Made by a program: the position numbers and the translations under genes
Assembly (NCBI GenBank): GCA_965205015.1
Contig: OZ242029.1
Coordinates: forward strand, 640,001-704,000
Direction of reading: 5' to 3'
Length of the DNA: 64,000 bases
DNA from: Candidatus Poribacteria bacterium
Lineage (GTDB): Bacteria > Poribacteria > WGA-4E > WGA-3G
The notes under the pieces: model-generated
What the model was told of the DNA's origin: nothing
Database searches by the model: none
The model's input: the letters and a program-made list of their open reading frames with translations, nothing else
In this document: in pieces, positions 56,361 to 64,000 of the stretch
Layout: every line of letters begins with the position of its first letter
How positions within the stretch are numbered: position 1 is the first letter of the stretch

Positions 56361-57722
56361 TTAATGCGTCTTTTTCTCAAAATGTAGATTTCTGACCCTA
56401 TTTCCTGTCAACCTAAATCCTGTAATGTTCTCGGTATTGTCTTGGATAAAGTGAATCTCAGGAAAAAACCACACATCCCCACGGAAATGACCGTTGGTGT
56501 AGGTTAGCACGATGTCATTGTGTCGTCTGTGTTGCGCTACAAGTCCGCCCTCATGTCTAACGATGGTGTAGGTTGTATCCAGTTCTTCGGTATAATAATC
56601 TCCCTCGAATTCTGCCAACTGTTCTGGTGATAGAGGTTCAGATTTAATATCTTCAGCAGATTCCGTTGCTTTCTCCGGTTCGGATGTTTCTACGGAAGCA
56701 AGGACATCAGTAAGATAGAGGTCCGCAACCTTTTCTGCCAAATTGAGTGGATTAAAGGTGTCCAGATTGCATAGGATAACTACGCCAAATTTCTGATCTG
56801 GAAAACGCATCAAATGACTCCGAAATCCGCGCCATGATCCACTGTGTCCGACCGTTTTCAACCCTCTGTATTCACCAATGTTCAGCCCAAAAGCGTAATC
56901 AATTTGTTCTCCGTCGTTCAGCACGCCACGCTGGTGCATCTGCTCAATTACTGTTTGTTCACCAATACGCGTGTCATCAAAATTCAGGATCCATTTCGCC
57001 AGATCTTCCACTGTTGAATAGAGAGAACTTGAACCCAGAGCGGTTGTATTGTTAATGGCATGTTTAAACCCACCGTTTTCGACACTCTGATATGAATACG
57101 CTCGGTTCTTCAGAATCATTTCGTAGTCATCGTGAAAGTGGGAGTTGGTCATACCGAGAGGTTTGAAGATATGAGTGTTCGTCCACTCGCGGAATGAATC
57201 ACCTGTTACCCTTTCGACGATTTCTGCGAGTAGATTGTAACCCGTGTTGCTGTATAAAAACTCTGCTCCCGGCTCAAAATTGAGTGTCTTCTGATGCCGA
57301 GCCATCTTCAAGATGTGTTTAAAGGAAATCACGTCATCCATCATATCACCTGCAATGACAAGTGACTGGACCCAATCCCGGAGTCCGCTGGTGTGATGCA
57401 AGAGATGTCGAATTGTGATTGTGTTCCCGAAATCCGGGACATCGGGCAGATAGGTTCGGATGTCGTCATCCAACGAAAGTTTCCCTTCGTGTGATAATGT
57501 GGCGATAGCGAACCCCGCAAACTGCTTAGACACTGAAGCGATATCGAAAATGGTCGTCGTCGTGATTGGGATGTCATACTCCAGATTCGCCGTCCCGTAG
57601 CCCTGTTTATAAACGACTTCACCCTCTCTGACAATCGCTAAGGCGGCACCAGGGGAATCCGATTGACTCCATTCTGCAAACAATTGATCGACTTTTGCTT
57701 CACGTGTCTCATGGGTTGTCAT
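56361..57722 (-). CDS. Serine hydrolase, beta-lactamase class C/AmpC-like; start approximate
   Basis: IASVSK (SxxK), LLHHTSG, YSN, HSG. Confidence 0.9.
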   Translation of the reverse strand: MTTHETREAKVDQLFAEWSQSDSPGAALAIVREGEVVYKQGYGTANLEYDIPITTTTIFDIASVSKQFAGFAIATLSHEGKLSLDDDIRTYLPDVPDFGNTITIRHLLHHTSGLRDWVQSLVIAGDMMDDVISFKHILKMARHQKTLNFEPGAEFLYSNTGYNLLAEIVERVTGDSFREWTNTHIFKPLGMTNSHFHDDYEMILKNRAYSYQSVENGGFKHAINNTTALGSSSLYSTVEDLAKWILNFDDTRIGEQTVIEQMHQRGVLNDGEQIDYAFGLNIGEYRGLKTVGHSGSWRGFRSHLMRFPDQKFGVVILCNLDTFNPLNLAEKVADLYLTDVLASVETSEPEKATESAEDIKSEPLSPEQLAEFEGDYYTEELDTTYTIVRHEGGLVAQHRRHNDIVLTYTNGHFRGDVWFFPEIHFIQDNTENITGFRLTGNRVRNLHFEKKTH

Positions 57723-57992
57723 AGTCATTCCTCTTAGCAAAAGGTTTTGAAGTTATTTTCGCAGCACTCCATGTGAATTCAGCCAGTAGTTGCGTTTAAT
57801 CACGAATACATCCTATGATACCACATACCTCGTCGAAAGTTGAGATTTTTTGACTTTGCTTTATAACTTGGTTTAGAGAAGACATCAAGAAAGCAACTGT
57901 GTCTCCGAAGTTCGCCAAAAAACAAGTGTGCTAATTTTTCGGAGTTGAGGAGCAACAAAAAGTGGTACTTTACCATGCTGAGACAAAAATAT

Positions 57993-58014
57993 AGGTGCGG
58001 CTGAGACCGCACCT
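57993..58014. repeat. Palindrome / possible terminator hairpin
   Basis: AGGTGCGG-CTGAGA-CCGCACCT. Confidence 0.5.
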
Positions 58015-58058
58015 GTTAGTTTTATAGTAGAGTCAATAATTACTTGGGCACCCCGATT

Positions 58059-58116
58059 GTAGCGCAAACTGTTAGTTTGCGTGCCTCCCCTGCACAAACT
58101 GGACAGTTTGTGCTAC
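58059..58116. repeat. Inverted pair of GTAG REP-like palindromes
   Basis: GTAGCGCAAACTGTTAGTTTGCG...CACAAACTGGACAGTTTGTGCTAC. Confidence 0.7.
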
Positions 58117-58170
58117 GAATGTTCACTTATTTTTCGGTTTTACTATAAAATAAATTTGCAATGTTTTCTT

Positions 58171-59031
58171 TTACTGCTTAAGCCGTCCCCATGTCGTCGC
58201 GAGCTTTCCTCGTGCTTCAACTGCGAGTGCGCCACCCGTCTGCGCGCCATTTTTACCTACCAGATGATATGCGTTGCCCGATACGTCTGAGAATTCCCCT
58301 GTTCCGTCCGGTTCATCAAAATGCCATAAGGCAACCGTTTTTGCGTCATTTTCAAACTTGCCGCGCGGCATAAAATCTTTTTTCTCAACATCGTAACGGG
58401 CATCCGTTGAGATGCGAACCTCATCAATATATCCAGTGAAAGAATCATAAAACCATTTGTTCTTAAAAGGCATCTCAATTATTTTTCCAAACCCTCCAAG
58501 CACGAAGTCCTGTGGACGCGAAGCAAGGAGATCATGTCCGATAGGTGTCCCATGTTGCAGTATCTCTACGAGATCATTGACGATCGTTATTGTCTGATGC
58601 CCATTTGACTGGAAAGCGATGTGGTGCCATTGGTTCAGCAGAAGTGGGATTGGGAAAGGTCGGGTCAAACCGAAACGTCCCTCAAGATGAGCATTCATTC
58701 TTAAGATGAGTTTCCCTTTCGGGGGCTCGATATTTAGTCCCCGAAATTCACCCCTCACGATGAGCATAAGCAGTTGTTGATGTAGTATCGTCAGGGACGT
58801 ATTATTGTTGTCAGGCGGCATGGTAGGATATACCCAGGCTTCAATGGTGAATTCGTCCGTGCCGTCCGGTAAAAGATAACCAAAGGTTTCAAAATCCAGA
58901 ACGGCGTAGTCATCAACGCCGTCAAGGACCAAATAGTTGCCCCCTGCGGGTGAAGACGGCGGGAACGCCTTGGCACTCAGCGGAATTAATACAAAAAAAA
59001 AGAGGCATGTCAGAATGTGTCGATGTTTCAT
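58171..59031 (-). CDS. Exported LamG/concanavalin-like protein with a C-terminal AV..GKL.T.WG.LK motif
   Basis: Signal peptide; LDGVDDY, FTIEAWV.P, WHHIA, F.G.IDEVRIS...RY, LWHFDE. Confidence 0.88.
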   Translation of the reverse strand: MKHRHILTCLFFFVLIPLSAKAFPPSSPAGGNYLVLDGVDDYAVLDFETFGYLLPDGTDEFTIEAWVYPTMPPDNNNTSLTILHQQLLMLIVRGEFRGLNIEPPKGKLILRMNAHLEGRFGLTRPFPIPLLLNQWHHIAFQSNGHQTITIVNDLVEILQHGTPIGHDLLASRPQDFVLGGFGKIIEMPFKNKWFYDSFTGYIDEVRISTDARYDVEKKDFMPRGKFENDAKTVALWHFDEPDGTGEFSDVSGNAYHLVGKNGAQTGGALAVEARGKLATTWGRLKQ

Positions 59032-59185
59032 TTTGTATCTCCTTTTCGGTGAAAAAAGAAAAATCCGTGAATTTCGTTGTAAATCTCAGTCCCTAATCCG
59101 TACACGCAAACAATGACCTCAATAACGACAGATTTTCTACAAGTGAAAGTGTCTGACATTGAGCGGATCCCTCTATTCTCTGATT

Positions 59186-60286
59186 TTAAGGTTGATTTCG
59201 GTGTTTTGCTTTGAGTTCACCCCAGCGTGTAGGCAGTTTTCCTTGTGCTGTGACCGCACGAAAGCCGGTATCATATGCGACAACGTCTGGAAATAATTCC
59301 CAACCCTCTCCAGAACCTCCGAAAACATAAATCTTGCCGTTGACCGTCGCTGCACCCTGAGGTACAAGAGGTATTGGCATTGCAGGAAGATCGCGCCACG
59401 CATCTTTCTGTGGATTATACACATTCACACTTGCTAAAAACTCAAAGGGCCCGTTTTCCCGAAAGGAACCTCCACCCATCAGATAAATTTCATCCCTAAC
59501 AACAACCGTCGCGAACGAATCTCTGGCATCCAACATATCACCCCTCTTCCGCCATTGACGGCTTCTCGAATCATATTCCTCAATGACCGTAAGATAGGGA
59601 CCGATGCGAACGGGTGGCCATCCACGTCCACCGATGGCATAAATACGGTTGCCGACAACTCCCACACCTAAACTCGAGCGTGGGGTCGGCATTTCTCGAC
59701 CAGCCACCCATGTATCGGTGGCAGGGTTATAAACATCAACACGGCCTATGCGTTCACCACCTCCATCTCTGCGTATCGCACCTCCAATGATATAGATTTT
59801 TCCATCCACCACACCAATATTAAACTCGACACGAGAAACAGGCATCTCCTTTTTCTGGCTCCATGTATCGGTTTGAGGATTATATGCCTCTACGTTCACT
59901 GGATATTTCCTATTTGCCAACTCCCCGTCTTTCCCATGCCATCCTCCAAAGACAAAGATGGTGTCGTTAACAACCGCCGCTTTCGCACCATGGCGTGGCG
60001 TTGGCATATCTGCAACCCTCTGCCACGTGTTGGTCTGCGTGTCATACACCTCAACAGTTGAAATTCCATAGGGACCCTGGCCTGCTTTCACGTCCGCATA
60101 GAGGCTGCCACCGATGAGATAAATCTTATTACCCACAACAGCGGTCGCGAAAGTTATTCTCTCAGTGGAGAGCTGAGTTTTCAGTTCCCAGCTCTGATCC
60201 GCAAAGGATTCTATTTGCATGAGCGAGAGAATGAAAACAACGACGCCAATAACAATAGCTTTTTGGGAACTGAACACGGTTGACAT
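59186..60286 (-). CDS. Exported Kelch-repeat beta-propeller with the same C-terminal motif
   Basis: Six IY.IGG...Y.P..D.W.....MP..R repeats. Confidence 0.9.
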   Translation of the reverse strand: MSTVFSSQKAIVIGVVVFILSLMQIESFADQSWELKTQLSTERITFATAVVGNKIYLIGGSLYADVKAGQGPYGISTVEVYDTQTNTWQRVADMPTPRHGAKAAVVNDTIFVFGGWHGKDGELANRKYPVNVEAYNPQTDTWSQKKEMPVSRVEFNIGVVDGKIYIIGGAIRRDGGGERIGRVDVYNPATDTWVAGREMPTPRSSLGVGVVGNRIYAIGGRGWPPVRIGPYLTVIEEYDSRSRQWRKRGDMLDARDSFATVVVRDEIYLMGGGSFRENGPFEFLASVNVYNPQKDAWRDLPAMPIPLVPQGAATVNGKIYVFGGSGEGWELFPDVVAYDTGFRAVTAQGKLPTRWGELKAKHRNQP

Positions 60287-60447
60287 AGGTAATTCCCCCT
60301 TATATCGTTAACACAAACAATCTCTGGAACATCAAGAATCTGCAACAAACGGCAATATAACATATAAAGCGAGAACCTATAGAAAAATGAAAACAGCGAG
60401 GTCAATACCGTTTCGTCTATAGATCATATGACTCTGATAGTTTCTAT

Positions 60448-63363
60448 CTACCGTTCTTCGGAAACCAGGGACGTGTGAAATATTCCCTGCCCTTTGACGA
60501 TACTATAGAGTCTATCGTTCGTGATAGCGAGAGACACAATTTCATCTGGCACATTTGTAGAAACCCGCTTCCATCGACTATTGGTATCCAAGCGGTAGAC
60601 CCCCGCATCGCTAATACCATAAACTTTGCTCCCGTCTACAGCAAAGTTATTTATGATGGGACGCGCGCCTGTGCTATCGGTTGGCACGTACCACTGTTCC
60701 GCGGTTTTGAAAGCCATAACGCCACTATCTGTTGCGACGTAAAGAGTTGCCCCGACAAAGACCATATCTTCGAAGCGAGTGAAGGGGAGGGGTAGACTTG
60801 ATGTGATGTCTCTCCAACTCTCCCCTTCATCAAGCGATTGAAACAGCTTACCCTTCCGTTTGCCCACGTAGATGGTTTCCCCTAAAACCGCCAATTTGAA
60901 TCCGTTCTTGTAAGTATACCGATAATCATCATACCGATAATCGTCATCTACGAATCCAGTGCCTGTCCATTCTGGATCACCCAATTTCCATTTGTAGAGC
61001 TCGCCTCCGTATTCTACATAAAAGGTATCACGACTCGCCGCCGCAGTTTCCGTTCTCAGACGAAATACACGAATATACTCTCGATCTTCTGACTGATAAT
61101 AAAATTTTTCATAGCCAATTTTTCTACGATCAAAAATGGGGACATCTTGAACTGGAATTAGCATATTGCCCTCAGTCGATAAACGGAAAATACCCACATT
61201 GTCTACCCCGCCTTCTGGACCTACAAGAGAATAAAGAACGTCACCAACAGGTATCAGTTTTGGCGCGGAAATTATCTTGGTAGTAGGGATGTTGAGGACA
61301 GCTTCCCGCTCATGATTCCACAATTTTTCCCAAGACACGCCCCTATCCATCGATTGATAAACATCATAGCCGGTATGGGCGTATAATCCATTGTTAAACG
61401 CCACGAGATCCCTTACAGCAGTTCCCATCATCCCATTCATAAATATATGCCATGACGCGCCACCATTCGTCGTGCGGTGAATGCCTCCTAAATTCGCTTT
61501 GTAATATGTTCTCTCGTCAACCATCACGGCTGGAAGGCGACTCCTGCCCAAAAAATTCTGGTCAGCTTCAAGTTCTGTCCACGTTTGTCCACCATCTGTT
61601 GAACGAGATTGCGCCGCACTCAATACCAAGAGCGTTTTCCCCGTGGCTAAAACCGTTATACCTGCGGGTGAAGTTTTGCGAAGATGTTTACCGCCAAGCC
61701 TGATTTCAGTCCACGATGCTCCCACGTCAGTCGAATGGAATATCTTGGCAAAGTGTAAATCTCCGTGATCTATCTGTCGTAATTCCGCTCGCGTTAAACT
61801 CACCAATACCTCATGCCCTATTCCAGCATAAAGATCAGTCCCAGAGACTGCCAAGGAACAGATGGCGCCCGATGTATGCAATGGCAGTTTTTTCCAAGTA
61901 CCTGAATCGAGACGGTAGAGACTGTTCTCTGTTCCCGCAAACACTGTTTTTCCAATAGCAGTCATTGCGGAAATTTTTCCCGTTGTCAATCCGTCGTTCA
62001 GAGGACGCCAGTGCGCGCCACCCTCTGTGGATCGGAAGATTCCTTCATTTCTCAGTGCGAGATACATCGTAAAAGGTACTTGTGAACTGGACGCTTCTTC
62101 GGCATCTGTAATGACGAGTTCAACGGCATCTCCTTCGGGTCGGGGACCGAGCGTCCTCCACGTCTCCGCCCTGTTGTCTGAAGCAAATATCTCATCAGTA
62201 GAAACAATATAAAGCCTCTCCCCATGCGCTGCCATTGGCATGAACGCCTCGCCAATCGGGATACTCGCGTTGACGTTTGTCCATCCGGTTGCATCTGCCG
62301 TTAATCTGTATATCCCTGTTTGTATGACAGCATAGACGGTTCCATCGGATGTGGCGAAGATATTGCGGACAGGACCCGCTGGCGGTCCGTTTCCCTGCAT
62401 CCACTGCGCGGTAGAAAACTTGGCGGCATTCTCCGATGTAACAGATGCTGAGGTTACATTAGAAACCTGAGTGCCAGCACTGCTATTTTTGCCGGGAGTC
62501 GTAGCGCGTCCGGCTTGATTTCGCACAGCCGGTTTCGCTGCTATATCCAGGATGATAGGTACATCAATGATTTCAACCGTGGGTTCAGATTGTGCGTCGA
62601 AATTATACGGTTTCTGGAAACGGGTGAGGTATCGGTTGCTCGCGCCGAGGAATAAAACGATCAAAACCGCAGCTGCCCCTAAAGCCATCCATGGGAGGAA
62701 CGGTTTAGGAGTCGGAGTCGGTGCGGGGTTAATCTCAGAGACGTGCCGCATGATATTCTCGATTAAACTCGCCGGTATTTGTACGCTCCCGAGAACCTCT
62801 TGAATTAACGCCTCCTGCTGTTCTTGTAAACGCTTTCGCGCTCGCTGGAGGCGGCTTGTAATTGTGTTCACAGATACACCTAAGAATTTACTAATCTCCT
62901 TGGTCGTCATTTTACCGAGATAATAGAGCGTCACCACTGTGCGTTCGCTCTCCGGGAGCTTCGCGAGCAGTTTTTTCACGAGTTCATGGTGCTGTTCCGT
63001 GCGCTCTGCTTCTCGCTGTTCTGCTACGTGATGTGTATAAGAGGATCTCTCGATTTCTTCCACAGGTGTGTCCTCCAGCGATTGCATGACCGATTTATTC
63101 TTTTCGAGCCATTTAAGACAGAGTCGATTGGCAATGACATACATCCAACCTAAGAGTTGATTCGGATTCCTTAGCTGCGAGAGGTTTCTGTATACTTGGA
63201 GAAAAGTGTCTTGTGTAATTTCTTCAGCGATGTGAAAATCACCAATCTTCCGCCACGCAAGTGCATGAATACTCCCTTGGTGCTTTTGAACTAAGGTCTC
63301 AAATGCCGTATCGTCGCCTGATAAAATTCTACGAATGAGTTGAATATCGTCTTCTCTCTCCAT
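60448..63363 (-). CDS. ECF sigma factor fused to a TM helix and BNR-type beta-propeller domain
   Basis: Region 2 (AEEITQDTFL, W...IA) and region 4 (LP..ER, EIS.FLG.S..TI..RL.RAR); hydrophobic PWMALGAAAVLIVLFLGA; S.DGG.TW repeats. Confidence 0.9.
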   Translation of the reverse strand: MEREDDIQLIRRILSGDDTAFETLVQKHQGSIHALAWRKIGDFHIAEEITQDTFLQVYRNLSQLRNPNQLLGWMYVIANRLCLKWLEKNKSVMQSLEDTPVEEIERSSYTHHVAEQREAERTEQHHELVKKLLAKLPESERTVVTLYYLGKMTTKEISKFLGVSVNTITSRLQRARKRLQEQQEALIQEVLGSVQIPASLIENIMRHVSEINPAPTPTPKPFLPWMALGAAAVLIVLFLGASNRYLTRFQKPYNFDAQSEPTVEIIDVPIILDIAAKPAVRNQAGRATTPGKNSSAGTQVSNVTSASVTSENAAKFSTAQWMQGNGPPAGPVRNIFATSDGTVYAVIQTGIYRLTADATGWTNVNASIPIGEAFMPMAAHGERLYIVSTDEIFASDNRAETWRTLGPRPEGDAVELVITDAEEASSSQVPFTMYLALRNEGIFRSTEGGAHWRPLNDGLTTGKISAMTAIGKTVFAGTENSLYRLDSGTWKKLPLHTSGAICSLAVSGTDLYAGIGHEVLVSLTRAELRQIDHGDLHFAKIFHSTDVGASWTEIRLGGKHLRKTSPAGITVLATGKTLLVLSAAQSRSTDGGQTWTELEADQNFLGRSRLPAVMVDERTYYKANLGGIHRTTNGGASWHIFMNGMMGTAVRDLVAFNNGLYAHTGYDVYQSMDRGVSWEKLWNHEREAVLNIPTTKIISAPKLIPVGDVLYSLVGPEGGVDNVGIFRLSTEGNMLIPVQDVPIFDRRKIGYEKFYYQSEDREYIRVFRLRTETAAASRDTFYVEYGGELYKWKLGDPEWTGTGFVDDDYRYDDYRYTYKNGFKLAVLGETIYVGKRKGKLFQSLDEGESWRDITSSLPLPFTRFEDMVFVGATLYVATDSGVMAFKTAEQWYVPTDSTGARPIINNFAVDGSKVYGISDAGVYRLDTNSRWKRVSTNVPDEIVSLAITNDRLYSIVKGQGIFHTSLVSEER

Positions 63364-63500
63364 CAGGATACTCCATAATTAATAAATAGATTGAATAGGC
63401 AGCGTCTTTCAATACCGGGTTTCTATAGACATAGCAGCTCTACGGGGTGGGGAAATTACCCGAAAACCTTGTTGAAACCCCGAAAATTTGTGAGTTGCAA

Positions 63501-63534
63501 CTTGGGTTTTTATAATTCTTGGGTTTTTATAATT
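63501..63534. repeat. Perfect 17-bp tandem duplication
   Basis: CTTGGGTTTTTATAATT x2. Confidence 0.9.
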
Positions 63535-63710
63535 AAAGATACGTTTTTAGGATAGAAAACGTGCATAATGTGAAAAAAAATGAATGAGATATGGATTTAT
63601 GAAAAGATGTTTCGGGGAATTAGGTGGGAAACTCGCTAAATCGCCAATTGGGACGAATACACAGAAACTGTCTCGGAAATGCATTTTAGTGGACAGCATT
63701 CAGGACACGC

Positions 63711-64000
63711 TCAAAAGCGATAGAATTCCCTCGCGTTTTCGGATAAGATTTTGCGTGCCAACGATTGAGGCAGTTGCACAGGAAAAGCCTCATCAGGTGA
63801 ATCGTAGTGCCAGTGGGGATAGTCACTTGAAAACATCAACATGTCCTCGGAATCGAGTTGACCGACGATCTGAAGGAGTTCTGCCGCGGTTGGGGGGGCA
63901 TCAATCGGTTGAAGCGTCATGCGCATGTGCTGGCGGATATACGCTGACGGTGGTTGTTTGACCCACGGTGTAAGATGTCGTAAGCCGCGCCACTCTTTAT
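63711..64000 (-). CDS. Amidohydro_2 family protein, 3' part (5' end outside the window)
   Basis: Frame open to the edge: KEWRGLRHLTPWVKQPPSAYIRQH...FSSDYPHWH...KILSENAREFYRF. Confidence 0.88.
   Translation of the reverse strand, partial: KEWRGLRHLTPWVKQPPSAYIRQHMRMTLQPIDAPPTAAELLQIVGQLDSEDMLMFSSDYPHWHYDSPDEAFPVQLPQSLARKILSENAREFYRF

Noticed and set aside
56361-57740. Antibiotic-resistance beta-lactamase
   Set aside because: No signal peptide; motifs fit the broad serine hydrolase/peptidase family
57800-58290. Short ORFs in the serine hydrolase-LamG spacer
   Set aside because: They overlap REP palindromes and promoter sequence, with no coding signals
835-62803. Numerous 60-190 aa ORFs nested in or antisense to the long genes
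   Set aside because: Alternate-frame shadows with no recognisable motifs or initiation signals
63584-63961. 125-aa + strand ORF
   Set aside because: Antisense to the amidohydrolase 3' end; no motifs

Overview
About 64 kb of a bacterial chromosome. The gene mix (four PhyH dioxygenases, a sulfatase-fold enzyme, an OPT-like DUF6785 transporter, LamG and Kelch proteins ending in an 'AV..xGKL.T.WG.LK' motif, an ECF sigma factor with a long C-terminal extension) points to Candidatus Poribacteria or a relative; this is inference. Housekeeping genes: nadK, recN, fused indolepyruvate ferredoxin oxidoreductase, aroE, zapA, rsgA, uppS, thrB, an aminotransferase, pcm, sppA. A single-chain restriction-modification gene and a partial thermonuclease sit at the left end. 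An envelope/export-like minus-strand cluster spans 33.6-47.3 kb. An accessory block of about 10.4 kb (53.3-63.7 kb) lies between two amidohydrolase-fold genes. No rRNA, tRNA, CRISPR array or transposase was seen. Main observations: (1) a full-length P-type ATPase homologue with every catalytic motif replaced; (2) a HEPN/AbiU2-like protein ending in a VapB-type antitoxin tail, coupled to a VapC toxin; (3) at least four interspersed repeat families, one always sense-oriented and ending at start codons, several translated in frame within proteins; (4) a T9SS-like set (PorV-like barrel, CTD-bearing cargo, barrel-fused SppA) plus a second C-terminal sorting-like motif. All calls are by eye from motifs; no database search was run.
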